From assembly GCA_964016885.1 (NCBI GenBank), contig OZ024740.1, positions 212,474,001 through 212,538,000 on the forward strand: a stretch of DNA of 64,000 nt. Direction: 5' to 3'. Under the pieces are notes generated by a model. It did no database searches. It saw nothing but the letters and a program-made list of their open reading frames with translations, and was not told where the DNA came from. This stretch comes from Eledone cirrhosa (Eukaryota). Each line of letters opens with the position of its first letter. Positions within the stretch are counted from its first letter, which is position 1. A program made the translations under genes and the position numbers. Shown here piece by piece: positions 13,951 to 26,838 of the stretch.

Positions 13951-13954
<4 letters not shown>

Positions 13955-15365
13955 GGAAAAAGTATGACCCCAACGGCAGAGCTCAAGCCGTTTCGACGGC
14001 TATTTCTGGACTAAATTAGAATTTTTAGTCTGGTAAATAAATACCCGAACTTTTCAAGGGTACTTCCTTATATGGGAAGATTGTAGTTGTCAAGAGGATT
14101 GGTCAAAATTTGTTGTAAACACAAATAAGTCTATCATGGCAGTGGCTGGGAATGGGGGTGGTAGAACAATGAGGGAGTGGGTGGAGCCGGTCAAGCGTTG
14201 AAAGTGAAATCTATACGGCAAATTATAAGGATTGTGTATGAAAGTAGGCCAGAGGAGGTAGGCAAAAATAGGTTTCTGGAGAAAATAGAGGAGGGACGTT
14301 ATAGAATGGGTAAATCAACTGAGATTAGGAGACAATAAAAAAATAATAATAATAATAATAAAAAATAAGAGAAAGATATATAAAAATATAAAATTGGATA
14401 GTGAGAAGTGATAAAAAAACAAAATCTATAGAGTCTAAAACAGCTGCTATGGTTAGTTCGTGTTGCTTTTTCGGCCAATGCTATAGAGTAGAGTTGAGAA
14501 TAGAAAATACTAAATAAGAATTATTGAAATTGTAGAATTGGATAGTAAAAAGTAATACAAAATCTGTTTTCTTCTTCCCTTCGTCTCCTGCTATCACTTC
14601 CTTCCACCACCAATCTTCTTACTCGTTCTTTTTTTTCCCTTTCGCCTACCCCGAGGCAGCCCATCCCAGTAACTTAAAGGTAGCATTGGCGGAAAACGCT
14701 ATACTAACTAATCAGAGCAGCTGTGTTAGACCCCAGAGATTTTGTATTACTTTTTACTATCCAATTCTACAATTTCAATAATTCTTATTTAGTATTTTCT
14801 ATTCTCAACTCTACTCTATAGCATTGGCGGAAAAAGCAACACCAACTAAACATAGCAGCTGTTTTAGACTCTATAGTTTTTGTTTTTTATCACTTCTCAC
14901 TATCCAATTTTATATTTTTATATATCTTTCTCTTATTTTATTATCATTTTTTTTATTGTCTCCTAATCTCAATTGATTTACCCATTATATAACGTCCCTA
15001 GAATTTGCCGTATAGATTTCACTTTCAACGCTTGACCGGCTCCACCCACTTCCTCATTGTTTTACAGGCAATTTCAGCCAACCCCACCGGCCACCCACAG
15101 CCATGATAGACTTATTTTTGTTTACAACAAATTTTGACCAATCCTCTTGACAACTACAATCTTCCCATATAAGGAAGTGCCCTTGAAAAGTTCGGCTATT
15201 TATTTACCAGACTAAAATTTCTAATTTAGTCCAGAAATAACCGTCGAAACGGCTTGAGCTCCGCCGTCGGGGTCATACTTTTTCCTATTACCCACTCTAC
15301 TACCCTAAGTATTGAGTAGTCTGGTGCGTTATGGTCCATCTGGTTCCTTACCACAACTCTTTCGT
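13951..15365. mobile_element. 1.4-kb fold-back non-coding element with two U3-A8 hammerheads
   Basis: About 13951-14565 is inverted relative to about 14740-15290. HHRs at 13961-14066 (-) and 15175-15280 (+). Same family at 23735-24607 and 25245-25440. Confidence 0.85.
15175..15280 (+). ncRNA. Type I hammerhead, U3-A8 core variant, full stem III
   Basis: CCC-TTGAAAA-GTTCGGCTATTT...AAATAACCGTC-GAAA-CGGC..GCCG-TC-GGG. Predicted GUC cleavage after 15268. Confidence 0.72.
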
Positions 15366-15799
15366 TATATATATGTGTATATATGTATAAAGGTTGCCTC
15401 CCTTGCCGAGCCCCACGTGGGGTCGGTAACGGTCATTCCTTAAATTAGCACTCGAACTAAAAGCTGTTGAAAAAGTGGCTTCCTTGTTCAATCATCTTAC
15501 CAGAAGCCTAACATTATTTGTGTAAGCGGACAGTACTTGATTTAGGAGTCGCAGAAACCCAAATGCTGGATTTTACCAACCATCCAGGGGTCCGGGTAAA
15601 TTTTTTCAATCACATTTTTGTTTGACCCGAATTACTTGGTAGTTTTTATGGCTGTGAGGATGATTGTCTAACCATCGTCTAAGTGTGTTTGGCCTTTAAC
15701 GTATGTTGTATCTCTGGTTCATCTGAATCATTGAGCGCTTGCCAGACATCTCGGAAGTTGTTTTTCGTTAATTCCTAAGCCGAAATACGATTCTCGCTA

Positions 15800-15871
<72 letters not shown>

Positions 15872-16029
15872 GTGATTGATTCTTTTGAATTTACCACCGA
15901 CCGAGTAGGCAGTGATTTTTTCAATGTCTTGGAACTTAGTCCACGCTTTGCTTTTTTCCATCCACTGAATTATTTTTGTATAAGTTCCCTGTGTCCACGC
16001 ATTGCCCGGGAACTTAGCTGAGAATAGAC

Positions 16030-16109
16030 TTCCCTGATGACGAAAGGATTTCTCTGTGCGTTTCTTCGGAAACCATATTTATTCCCTTTCATAAACTAAT
16101 TAGTTGGAG
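16030..16109 (+). ncRNA. Decayed hammerhead motif in a short (TA)n-flanked element (15871-16160)
   Basis: TTCC-CTGATGA-CGAAAGG...CCTTTCA-TAAA-CTAATTAG-TT-GGAG, with GAAA mutated. Confidence 0.5.
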
Positions 16110-16697
16110 TGAAATTTTAGTAAGTTAATTTTTATAATTTTCTTATTTTACGTCTTTCATATATATATATATATATGTATATGCGCGTGTGTATGAATGT
16201 ATGTATATGTGTGTGTGTATATATTTATATATATATACATGTGTGTGTGTATGTTTGTATGTATGTCTATCTACGTATATATATATGTGTGTGTGTGAGT
16301 GTGTATGTGTGTGTGTGTGTATGTGCGTGTATGTGTATATATATATACAGATGTGTGTGTTTGTTTGTATGTATGTCTATCTACGTGTATGCATATATAT
16401 CATCATCATCATCATCGTTTAACGTCTATCTTCCCCGCTAGCATGGATGTGTGTGTATATATATATATATCCATTTAGATACTCTTATGTAACTATGTTT
16501 ATTTTTGTGCGTGCCTCTGTTTGTATTTATACCTTACTATTTTGTTTGTTACTCTTTCGGCGCCTGGTCAGTTGGATATATATATATTAAGTCAATAACC
16601 CGAAATGCGCTTGTTTGTATCTATGTATATTCACGCATGTATATGTGTGTGTGTGTATGTATGTATGTGTATGCATATGTATGTATATATATATATA

Positions 16698-17340
16698 CGA
16701 GGTGTGTCAGAATAGTTCCAGGACTGATATCACAAAAGGTTTATTTCAAACCCAAACTTCGCACTAAGAGTTTTCTCCTTCAAGGTAATCCCCTGGAGTA
16801 TGTAACTGTAATCTTAGATCTCTGCAGCGATCGAACGTTTTTCTACATAATTTTATATACATGTCCTCTGTTTCAGGTCGTCAAGCAATAAGCACAGAAC
16901 AACGAACGGTTGGGGAAAACTCCGTCAGAAGCACTGGGATTGCTGCAGCAAGTGTATGGAGATGAGACGATGTCACGCTCACGTGTTTTTGAGTGGTGCA
17001 GGAGGTTTAAAGAAGGACGCGAGGACGTGGAAGATGACCCCAGGAGCGGAAGGCCCTCAACAACCAGGACTGAGGTCATCGTTAAGCGCGTCAGGCAGAT
17101 GGTGCGTAGCGATCGCCGGCTGACTGTTCGACTGATGGCAAATGAGCTGGGCATGAATCGGGACAGCGCCTGGAAGATTCTCACTGAAGATTTGGACATG
17201 TGGAAAGTCTGCGCGAAGATGGTGCCAAAACTGCTGAACGATGACCAGAAGGGTCGACGCATGCAAGTGTGCCAGAACATCCTCGAGCGTCTGGAAACGG
17301 AACCAGATTTGCTAGGGACAGTCATCACAGGTGATGAGGA
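16698..17340 (+). mobile_element. mariner transposon, 5' half, truncated by a PLE insertion
   Basis: TA|CGAGGTGTGTCAG TIR start. ORF 16910-17344 has the HTH region, PRSGRP, CAKMVPKLL and VITGDE (first catalytic D). Confidence 0.92.
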
Positions 17341-20080
17341 GTAGTAGTCATTAATGTCAAACTGTATGAAGTCGGAAGATTCTTTATTGTCTAATTTATT
17401 AAACCAATCTATTGCTTCATTAGTATTAATCCAGAGTTTGATTATTAGTTTTTCTTTAATTAAATTTAATATAATTTAATTAAATTTAATATAATTAAAT
17501 ACAGTTTGCCATTAATGACTACTACACCTCTAATTCCCCAGTAACCCTAAATAAGACACCATCCTTTGCACAAAAAAATTCTGACCTTTCACCAGAGGAA
17601 ATTAAAATAATACTAGCTGTTAGAAGAACAATCATTAAATTCGACAATAGTTACTGGGAAAGAAAAATAGACAGAATAACTTCGATATAACTATGGGATC
17701 AAATGATTCAGCCCAAGTTACAGACATTGTCGGAATTTATATAGCACACATCTTACATAAGGAATTTGATAACCTACAAGGAGGAATTTATAGAGACGAT
17801 ACAATGCTTTTAGCTAAAAACCTAAATAATCAAAACTTAGGAAGATTACGGAAAAATATTAGAAAATTCTTTAATAAATTAGGCCTTAACATTACTTTTG
17901 AACTCAATTCTAAAAAAGCTAACTTCTTAGATGTATCGCTTAACCTAAACACATGACTAATAGAACCCTTCCATAAAAATAATGAAAATTTAGCTTACAT
18001 TAATTATAACTCTAATCACTCTCGATCCATAATTAATTCCATGGCACATAGTATATCCCTTAGAATCTCACGCCTATCTTCTAATCTAGAGATTTTTAAC
18101 GAACACGTTAACTACTACAACATAGCTTTACTTAAGGCAGGCCATAAAGAGAGACTCAAATACATACCAAATACAAAAAATAACAACACACTTAATAGAA
18201 ATAACATCCACACCTATAGAAGCAACATATCTAGGACTAAACATAGAAATTGGCAACAAGCACGGGAATTAATTGAACAGAATACTAATAGAAAGACAAC
18301 TAATAACTATAGAAGATGTAGAGATAGAAAGTACTTATGGTTCAATCCAGTGTTTAACTCCTCTATAAAAACAAAACTACCTTATACTTTCTTCAAATTA
18401 GTTGACAAACCCTTCCTTAAAATTCATAAATATCATAAAATCTTTAATAGAAAAACTATCAAACTATCATACTCCACTGCCAACAACATAGAATCGCACA
18501 TACATAAAATTAACTATAAAAGAATTTATAATGCAAGTAGCTCGCAAATAAGTACCAGAACACCAAATACAAAACATAAACATATAACATCATCACAATC
18601 AACAAACCGAATTCTCAGCCCATACATAACAATTTACAAAACCATATTGAAAGCACATAGGAAAGCATCTAAATGTAATTGTCATCTACCTGACAAATGC
18701 CCATTACAAAATAGATGCCTAGAGTCTAATATAGTATACCTATGTACTATAAATTCAAGCAGCTTAGCATGGCACTACATAGGATCTACAGCTGGAGAAT
18801 TTAAGAAAAGGTGGTATGTCCACAGACACTCTATGATTAACAGGAAGCTCATAAATACAACTCTCGCCAATAAAATCTGGCAACTCAGAGATGCAAACAT
18901 GGAATATAAAATCAGCTGGACGAAGCTATCAACAGCAACGGCCTATCGAATTGGCATGTCCCACTGTGGTCTTTGTAATATGGAGCTTTTGCAAATTTTA
19001 AAGTACAACAAAATGCTACTTAACAGTAAAATTGAAAGAACTATTTAGTGTAGGCATAAAACGGCGACCAAATTTGAGAACTTTAGACCAGCTTAATTCA
19101 TCTTATCTATTCCATAACCCAAATTATACCACTTAGATCTATTATAATATAACATCATCATCATTATTGTTATAATTGTCACCATCTATCAATGAACCAA
19201 CATCAAAACCTCTTATATTTACATTCATATTTTTTGTATCTCTATCTTTCTATCTCTATTTCTCTCCCAAAATTTATTTCATCCCTAGTATTTTATCTTA
19301 CCATATCATTTTCACTTCTAATATAACATATAACTAATTAATCAAATAATTAATTATATAATTAATTTATTAAAATAACCAATACACACATAAATATATT
19401 TAACATTATCATATTTATACCTTCGCATCTCTCTATATTTTAACCACTTTCAATAATCTTTATATGTTTGGCACATTTTACTTATTTATTTTCATATTTT
19501 CATATTTTTATATTTCATATTTTTGTATCATTTTGTATCATACTCGATATAATTTGTTTAGTTATTCATTTATTTATTTATTTATTTACATTTATTCATG
19601 TATTAACATTTATTCATTTATTGTTGATATCATTTTTTCCTCTTACGTCATTTCTCCTCTGTCCTTTTCTATTCTCTTTCTATCCGCCTTTCTCTACATC
19701 TTTTTTCTCTCTATATCTTTCTCTGTTTTCATTTCTCTTTTTTTTTTTTTTTTTTTTCCTTTTTCTTCTTTTTATTTTTCCTTTTTCTTTCTTTCTTTCT
19801 TTCCTTTATCTATCTCTCTTTCTTTCTTTTCTTCTCTCTCTATCTTTATTACTAATATTATTATTGATGCAGTAATTTTAATTTGTAGATTTGCCGGTTA
19901 TATATATTTTTTATAACAGTTTCTGATGACATGATTGAGCTAGCATCGTATTTAAAATTGAGTGGCACTGCTTCTAGTGTTCAGAAATTTTTAGACAACT
20001 CAATCAGAGAAACAATTGTTAGACTGTAAATAAATTCCCCTTTTTTGTACTGTTGACCATGTTATTCTCCACATTTTTTC
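17341..20080 (+). mobile_element. Penelope-like element with RT, CxC linker and C-terminal GIY-YIG; 5' inversion; stops
   Basis: MGSNDSAQV, GIYRDD, NFLDV, then KCNC..CPL..CL..IVY..YIGST..FKKR..H..CGLC..LLN. 17341-17367 is an inverted copy of 17499-17527. HHR at the 3' end. Confidence 0.92.
19916..20027 (+). ncRNA. Type I hammerhead motif with long stem II insertion
   Basis: ACAGTTT-CTGATGA-CATGATTGAG...CTCAATCAGA-GAAA-CAATTG-TT-AGACTGT. Confidence 0.7.
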
Positions 20081-20408
20081 ATATATATATATATATATAT
20101 ATAAATGGAAAAATTGAAACGAAATTTCATTTCTTACTCTTAGTACGGCTGTTACTTAAATATAAGTATGTATACGTACATACATATATGTATACAGACG
20201 TAGAGTAGTATGTATATATATATATATACATGCACACATATATGTATATGCACGTATGGATTTACCGAACATTTATTATAATGCTCGGTTTGTTTGTAAA
20301 CAAACATGCCGAATTAAGCTGTACAGTGTTTAGCAACCATCGTTTCCCTTTTGTTCAACACTGACAATACATAATTATATATATATATATATGTGTATGT
20401 GTGTGTGT

Positions 20409-20447
<39 letters not shown>

Positions 20448-20458
20448 TGTGTGTGTGC

Positions 20459-20535
<77 letters not shown>

Positions 20536-20966
20536 GTATATGTATATATATACATATATGTGTGTGTAAGTATATTATCAAATACACTATACATACATTC
20601 ATACATACATCGCTATTTCAGAGCACTGATACTAATATATATATATATATATAAAGGATAACAAAATATCGTTATAGGTAATCCAGTTAGAGGTTGTGAA
20701 TACTCGTATTATGGGTAGTTTTAGCGTACGGCGTTGTTTGACTCAACAAGAGGTTTACGTAGGTGGCGAGTTTATGAATAGTTAAACAATTGTTAGACTG
20801 TAAATAAAACCCTTTTTTGTACTGTTGACCATGTTATTCTTCACTCTTTCTCTCTCTCTCTCTATATATATATATATACTTTCTGTTGCTTAAACCATTT
20901 TGTTTGTTTACCCTAGCGTCCCCTTTATTTACGTGTCCCAACGACTTTTTTTACCCGTTGCTCGCA

Positions 20967-21037
20967 CCAACCTGAGGTATATGGCCTTTAAAGTGATGAA
21001 ATGCTTATGACGATTGGAAGGCCACTGATGAAGGACA
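20967..21037 (+). ncRNA. Candidate permuted/pseudoknotted hammerhead with kink-turn, copy B
   Basis: CCAAC-CTGA-GGTAT-A-TGGCCTT-TAAAGTGAT-GAAA-TGCT-TAT-GACG-ATTGG-AAGGCCA-CTGATGA-A, inside a roughly 215-bp element flanked by (TA)n. Confidence 0.6.
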
Positions 21038-21091
21038 AACTTTTTCATATGTAACCCATTTGCAACGCCGCAGCTCCATTATTATCATATT

Positions 21092-21148
<57 letters not shown>

Positions 21149-21529
21149 CAAAATTATAAACCACCATTAAATATATTTTAATATACATTATGTCAACACC
21201 ATAATATGCTAATCAGCCAAACAGTCACATACATACACACACACACATAACACCCATACACACACACAACTCCCTCCCCCATTTCTACTAATAGAATCAT
21301 CTTCCTACACACACACACACACACAGAGAGAGACACACACGCAAGCACACAAATAAACATACATATCTCTACTTTCTTTATTTCTTTAGAAAGTCTGAAT
21401 TCTGACACCCCAGCGTACCAGCCATATTCACTGAACCAGAACAATTCTCCACTTCACATTTCTCTTGACCATTATCTTTTGTTTGGCACAACATTCTCTA
21501 AAAGGCTACAAAATAAATTCCAAAATACG

Positions 21530-21990
21530 GGCGCGAAATTTAATGAACTTGTTCACGTGACTGTCATAATTTCATTTATAACCAATCAAATTACATTTCA
21601 GCACATCAGTCATACTCAGAACAACTCTCTTCATCCCTTTTTTCTTCACCATTATCTTTTGTTTTTTTGTTTGGCACAAAATTCTCTAAATGGCTATAAA
21701 AAAATTCAAAAATATGGCGCGAAATTTAATGTACCTGTTCACGTGACATTCATAATTTCATTTATAAAAACAAGGCTTCGTGAGCCACTTTTTTTTAAAG
21801 TAAAAAGAAATTCAAACACAAACTGGCGCGAAAGTTGATGTGCTTATTCACGTGACTACATCAACCAACCAAACTTCACTCATATCTGAAAAAACAACCT
21901 GAGCCCCCCCCCCCTTGTTTGAAGAACTTTGTAACGCGACCTGAACTGGCGCGAAATTTATTATACTTATGCACCAACCAATCAAATTAC
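21530..21990. promoter_or_regulatory. Repeated E2F-like + E-box + CCAAT module
   Basis: GGCGCGAAA at 21530, 21716, 21825 and 21948. CACGTG lies exactly 24 nt downstream in the first three. CCAATCA near 21582 and 21978. Confidence 0.45.
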
Positions 21991-22267
21991 TCCTCTAAAA
22001 ACCTGGCATTTCGAGCCACTTTTTTCCATATAAAACAAATAACATTCAAAGACCAACCAGATGTGAGATAAACCACAGACCCTCCATCTCAACTCTACTT
22101 TTGAAAAGCAGCAGAACTGCGAAACAGGTAAAGGAACCAAATAAATATATATATTTAAAAAAAAAAGACTCCAGTTGCATTTTCGATTTCATCATTTTTC
22201 ACTCGTGTGGGACATCTCGGTTATTTTTCATTTTGTAAAACAAACCTCACTTTCTAATATATATATA

Positions 22268-23264
22268 CTAGCATTAAAGCCCGGCGTTGCTCAGGTCAGT
22301 AAGTTACCAAAATTAGGTTGCACCACCCATTTTATGGCAGCACTTTTTTGTCTGCCAGGCACTGGGTGAATGAATTGCAGACCTGGACTGCCGAAGCAGG
22401 AGCTGCGCCAGCAGTGACAATCGTAGTTTCGCCTATGGATATTATCGCTGTGCAAAGAAGTATTGAAATTTATTGTTTCACAGTACTTGCGCAACACGCG
22501 CGTAGACGATGCCAGTCGAACAACAGAGCTGCAATGGAGTTGTTCTGCATGGTTGTCTAATGTGTGTTTTCTAAATTTAAGGCAGTAGGGAGGGGTGTGC
22601 TATTGGGGAGAGTTAGCTGCTGTTTCTAGCAGGTTTAGTGACCTCGTAGAGGATATGTTTTCTAAATTTAAGACAGTAGGGAGTGGTGTGATATGGGGGA
22701 GAGTTAGCTGCGCCTCTAGCAGGTTTAGTGACCTCATAGAGGATATTATTGTGTATAGTAAATGAACTGATACTTCTTTATTCCACGTTCGTTGATAGAT
22801 GTTTTAAAAAAGATTTAGCGCTATTTTTTTGTTGTTGTTGAATAAAAATATCTGTTGCTTTTGAATAATTGTTGTTTCGTATGAAATGTAATAAGTTCTC
22901 TTTGTCATTGAAGTAAATAAATGCTTGACCGTTCCACACTCACAAACAAACGTTTTCTCTCTCTCTCTCTTAAAGTTTGTAAGTTTAATCGTATATAAGA
23001 GAAAGTTGCAGCATGTATGTAGTTTTATCGAATATTAAGAAGAGTAGAGAGAGGTATTCTGATTGTATTAGAGGGGTAAAGCGTCATGCATTTAGTTGTA
23101 TCGACTATTTCCGTAATTGTTGGTGAGTTTGAATGAAATAAATAGTCCTTGACCAAAGTTAGACGATTTACAACATTCTTACAGACTTTGAGTCGAATCA
23201 GTTTGAAATTGTACAAATGTATAAACATGGAACATGCACACACACACAAACAACAACAATCTGC

Positions 23265-23275
<11 letters not shown>
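22268..23275 (-). mobile_element. Non-autonomous Helitron
   Basis: Minus 3' end CCTGAGCAACGCCGGG...GCTAG|T, 5' end TATATATAAAACGCAG. Internal roughly 69-bp tandem duplication at 22565-22745. Confidence 0.7.
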
Positions 23276-23306
<31 letters not shown>

Positions 23307-23690
23307 TGTGTGTATGTATATGTGTGTGTATATATATATATACATGTGTGTGTATATATATATATATATATCCATTTACATACTCTTATGTAATTATATG
23401 TATTTTTGTACACCAATGTGTTTATGTACGAGTTGCGCGTGTGTGCGTGTGTTTGTATTTATACCTTACTATTTTGTTTGTTATTCTCTCGGCTACCTGG
23501 TCAGTTGGATATATATATTAAGTCAATAACCCGAAATGCGCTTGTTTGTATCTATGTATACTCACGCATGTATATGTGTGTGTATGTATGTATGTATGTA
23601 TGTATGTATGTATGTATGTATGAATGTATGTATGTATGTATGTATGTGTATGTATATGTATATATATGTATATATATATATGTATATATG

Positions 23691-23722
<32 letters not shown>

Positions 23723-23734
23723 CATATATATATA

Positions 23735-24607
23735 ATGGAGGAGTTGTGGTAAGGAACCAGATGGACCATAACGCACCAGAGTACTCAATACTTAGGGTAG
23801 TAGAGTGGGTAATAGGAGAAAGTATGACCCCGACGGCAGAGCTCAAGCCGTTTCGACGGCTATTTCTGAACTAAAGTAAGAGTTTTTTTAGTCTGGTAAA
23901 TAAATAGCCGAACTTTTCAAGGGTACTTCCTTATATGGAAATATTGTAGTTGTGAAGGGGATTGGTCAAAATTTGTAGTGGACACAGAAAAGTCTATCAT
24001 GGCAGTGGGTGCAGGGTGGGAATGGCTGAACTTGCCTGTAGAATGATAGGGGAGTGTGTAGAGCCGGTCAAGCGTAGTGGGTGAAATCTACACGACAAAT
24101 TCAAAGGAATGTGTATGAAAAGGCCGGAGGAGGTTGGCGAAAAATGGTATCTTTAGAAAGTGGAGGAGGGAGGTTATAGAGATAGTAAATCAAATGCGAT
24201 TAGGAGACAAAGAAAAAATATAATTTAAAAAAATGAGAGAAATATATAACAGAAAGTAAGATTGGAAAGTGAGAAGTGAAAAAAGGAGTCTAACACCTGC
24301 TATATTTCGGCCAAAGAATGAGTTGCTAGATGAGAATAATTGAAAAATTTAGTATTAAAAATTTAGTATTGAAAATTTAGTATTAAAAATTAATACCACA
24401 TATCTGGGGTCTAACACAGCTGCTATGAATAGTTAGTGTCCGCTACAAATTTTGACCAATCCCCATGACAACTACAATATTTCCATATAAGGAAGTACCC
24501 TTGAAAAGTTCGGCTATTTATTTACCAGACTAAAAAACTCTTACTTTAGTCCAGAAATAGCCGTCGAAACGGCTTGAGTTCTGCCGTCGGGGTCATACTT
24601 TCTCCTA
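23735..24607. mobile_element. Fold-back element, same U3-A8 hammerhead family as 13951-15365
   Basis: HHR at 23821-23929 (-) and 24493-24600 (+), both with a TTGAAAA core and GTC site. Confidence 0.85.
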
Positions 24608-24619
24608 TATATATATATA

Positions 24620-25217
24620 AAATAAATTTTTAAAAATTTGCAGTACTTACTATATGTGCCTTTACCGTGGTTTCATGCTCCAGAATAAACGAAAAATCCA
24701 AGCGGATTTCCATTGAGAAGGGAGCAATCTTCAGAAGGCTCTTCTCCCTCGGAGAATATAAAATTCCCGAGTTCAAATCACAAACTGACGCCATACAAAA
24801 CCATTCCGAAATGAGAGCGAATGATGAAAGAAATAATTCTGTCTGGTGCCGTGTGCAAAGACAAAAGGCAGGGTGGACAGGTCAATGTCCTGCCACTAGA
24901 AATAGCAGCAGTCCAAACGGCCAACATTTTATCTCTACCTTAGGGGGAGATCAATAATAATAAAGTATTAATTACTACGTGTAAAAAATACATATAGGGA
25001 AACAAGTATTATCCAACCGTATGCCAATGTGGTTCTATGGCGGGTTAATAAATTAACAAGCCAGAACATATAAAATCAAGGTCTAGCAAATAGAGAAAAA
25101 GTTTTAAAATAAATTTTTAAAAATTCGCAGTACTTACTATATGTGCCTTTGCTGCGGTTTCATGCTCCAGAATAAACGGAAAATCCAAGCGGATTTCCAT
25201 TGAGAAGGGAGCAATCT
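24620..25217 (-). mobile_element. Retrozyme-like non-coding element, 487-bp tandem period
   Basis: 24620-24730 is repeated at 25107-25217. HHR at 24658-24739: GCCTT-CTGAAGA-TTGCTCC...GGAGCAT-GAAA-CCACGG-TA-AAGGC. Confidence 0.75.
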
Positions 25218-25244
25218 ATATATATATATATATATATATATATA

Positions 25245-25440
25245 ACGAAGGAAATGTGGTAAGGAACCAGGTGGACCATAACGCACCAAAGTACTCAATA
25301 CTTAGGGTAGTAGAGTGGGTAATAGGAACGAGTAACACCCCGACGGCTGAGCTCAAGCCGTTTCGACGGCTAATTCTGGACTCCAGAATTAGCCGTCGAA
25401 ACGGCTTGAGCTCAGCCGTCGGGGTCTTACTCGTTCCTAT
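25245..25440. mobile_element. Very short fold-back copy of the U3-A8 family (palindrome centred at 25381)
   Basis: 25322-25380 is the reverse complement of 25382-25440. Only the 3' half of the HHR is kept. Confidence 0.8.
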
Positions 25441-25650
25441 ATATAATATATATATATATATGTATGTATATATATATGTGTATGTATATATATATATGTG
25501 TATGTGCATGTGTGTATGTATGTGTGTATGTATGTGTATATGTGCGTGTGTATGTATGAACATATGTATGTATGTGTGTGTATGTACGTATGTTTATGTG
25601 TATGTGTGTGAGTATATGTATATATGTGCGTGGGTAGGTATATATATGTA

Positions 25651-25719
<69 letters not shown>

Positions 25720-25866
25720 TTATTTATTTATTTAATCATTTTTACCCCATAACCTTACATTCTGCTTCAGTGTGTATATTTTTTCCGTTATTTTATTTTA
25801 TTTCAGCCTCGCTTTCAATTATAATAGCCTTTGCTTTTAAATTCATTTCTTACATCCATATTAAAT

Positions 25867-25940
25867 TTTCGTTCTGATGAGCGATTTCAGACGTCTCTGT
25901 TGAGCCCCGTCTGTCTTCGTGAAACCTTTGGTAAATGAAA
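25867..25940 (+). ncRNA. Type I hammerhead motif
   Basis: TTTCGTT-CTGATGA-GCGA..CAGACG/CGTCTG..TCGT-GAAA-CCTTTGG-TA-AATGAAA. Confidence 0.78.
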
Positions 25941-26005
25941 TAATTGTCTTATGGTGTTTATTACATAGAGCACTCTCCTTTCCTTTACCCTTCCTACGTA
26001 AATAC

Positions 26006-26079
<74 letters not shown>

Positions 26080-26838
26080 AATTTTGAGTATATCTTGGTT
26101 GTTTACCGACACTTCAGTATGCCGATTGGAGCACTCGACGAAATACGCAGGTTGGTTTGTTTACTCCGGAGTTATGTAAAATAATTAAGTCAAATATGTA
26201 AAATTTGGCTTCGTTTATTAGAAATTATAGATATACTGCTATATATATTTCGGTGACAGCCATCATTGGCTGTGACCTCTTCAAGCAGTGCGAATTGGTG
26301 TGGGAAGGATAGGTACACATGTTGAAGTGTGTTTTACTCCGTCAATCCCTCGATATGTCCAGCTTCTGGTAGTGTTGTTATTTCTCTTAGGAACTGGAAT
26401 CATATGAGTTAGAGCAAACGAATTTCGGCGTCATAGGACACGCTCGCATGCCATTGGTCAGTTGTGACAACCACTACCAACACAATGGAGGTCAGCTGTA
26501 CCTAAACAAAAACTACTACGACAGACAGATTGTCTTGCCTCAGAAAAATTTCTAAAGACTTTTGACTGAGGAATGTTCTCACAACTGAACTATGGGATGC
26601 GAAATTCGTTTGCTCTAACTCATATGATTCCAGTTCCTAAGAGAAATAACAACACTACCACGAGTTGGACATATCGAGGGATTGACGAAGTAAAACACAC
26701 TTCAACAACATGTGTACCTGTCCTATTCGGACTGCCTGAAGAGGTCACAGCCAATGATGGCTGTCACCGAAATATATATAGCAGTATATCTATAATTTCT
26801 AATAAACGAAGCCAAATTTTACATATTTGACTTAATTA
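26080..26838. mobile_element. Fold-back PLE-type element with hammerheads at 26235-26289 (-) and 26731-26785 (+)
   Basis: Arms about 26181-26427 and 26600-26838. ACTGC-CTGAAGA-GGTCACAGCCA..TGGCTGTCACC-GAAA-TATATA-TA-GCAGT. Confidence 0.85.

Noticed and set aside
17954-17956. In-frame TGA in PLE RT as selenocysteine
   Set aside because: It is a single TGA at a likely GGA position, and the same element has a TAG at 19046 and an upstream frameshift, so ordinary decay is more likely.
19464-19916. Hydrophobic membrane-protein ORFs
   Set aside because: T-rich low-complexity 3' UTR of the PLE.
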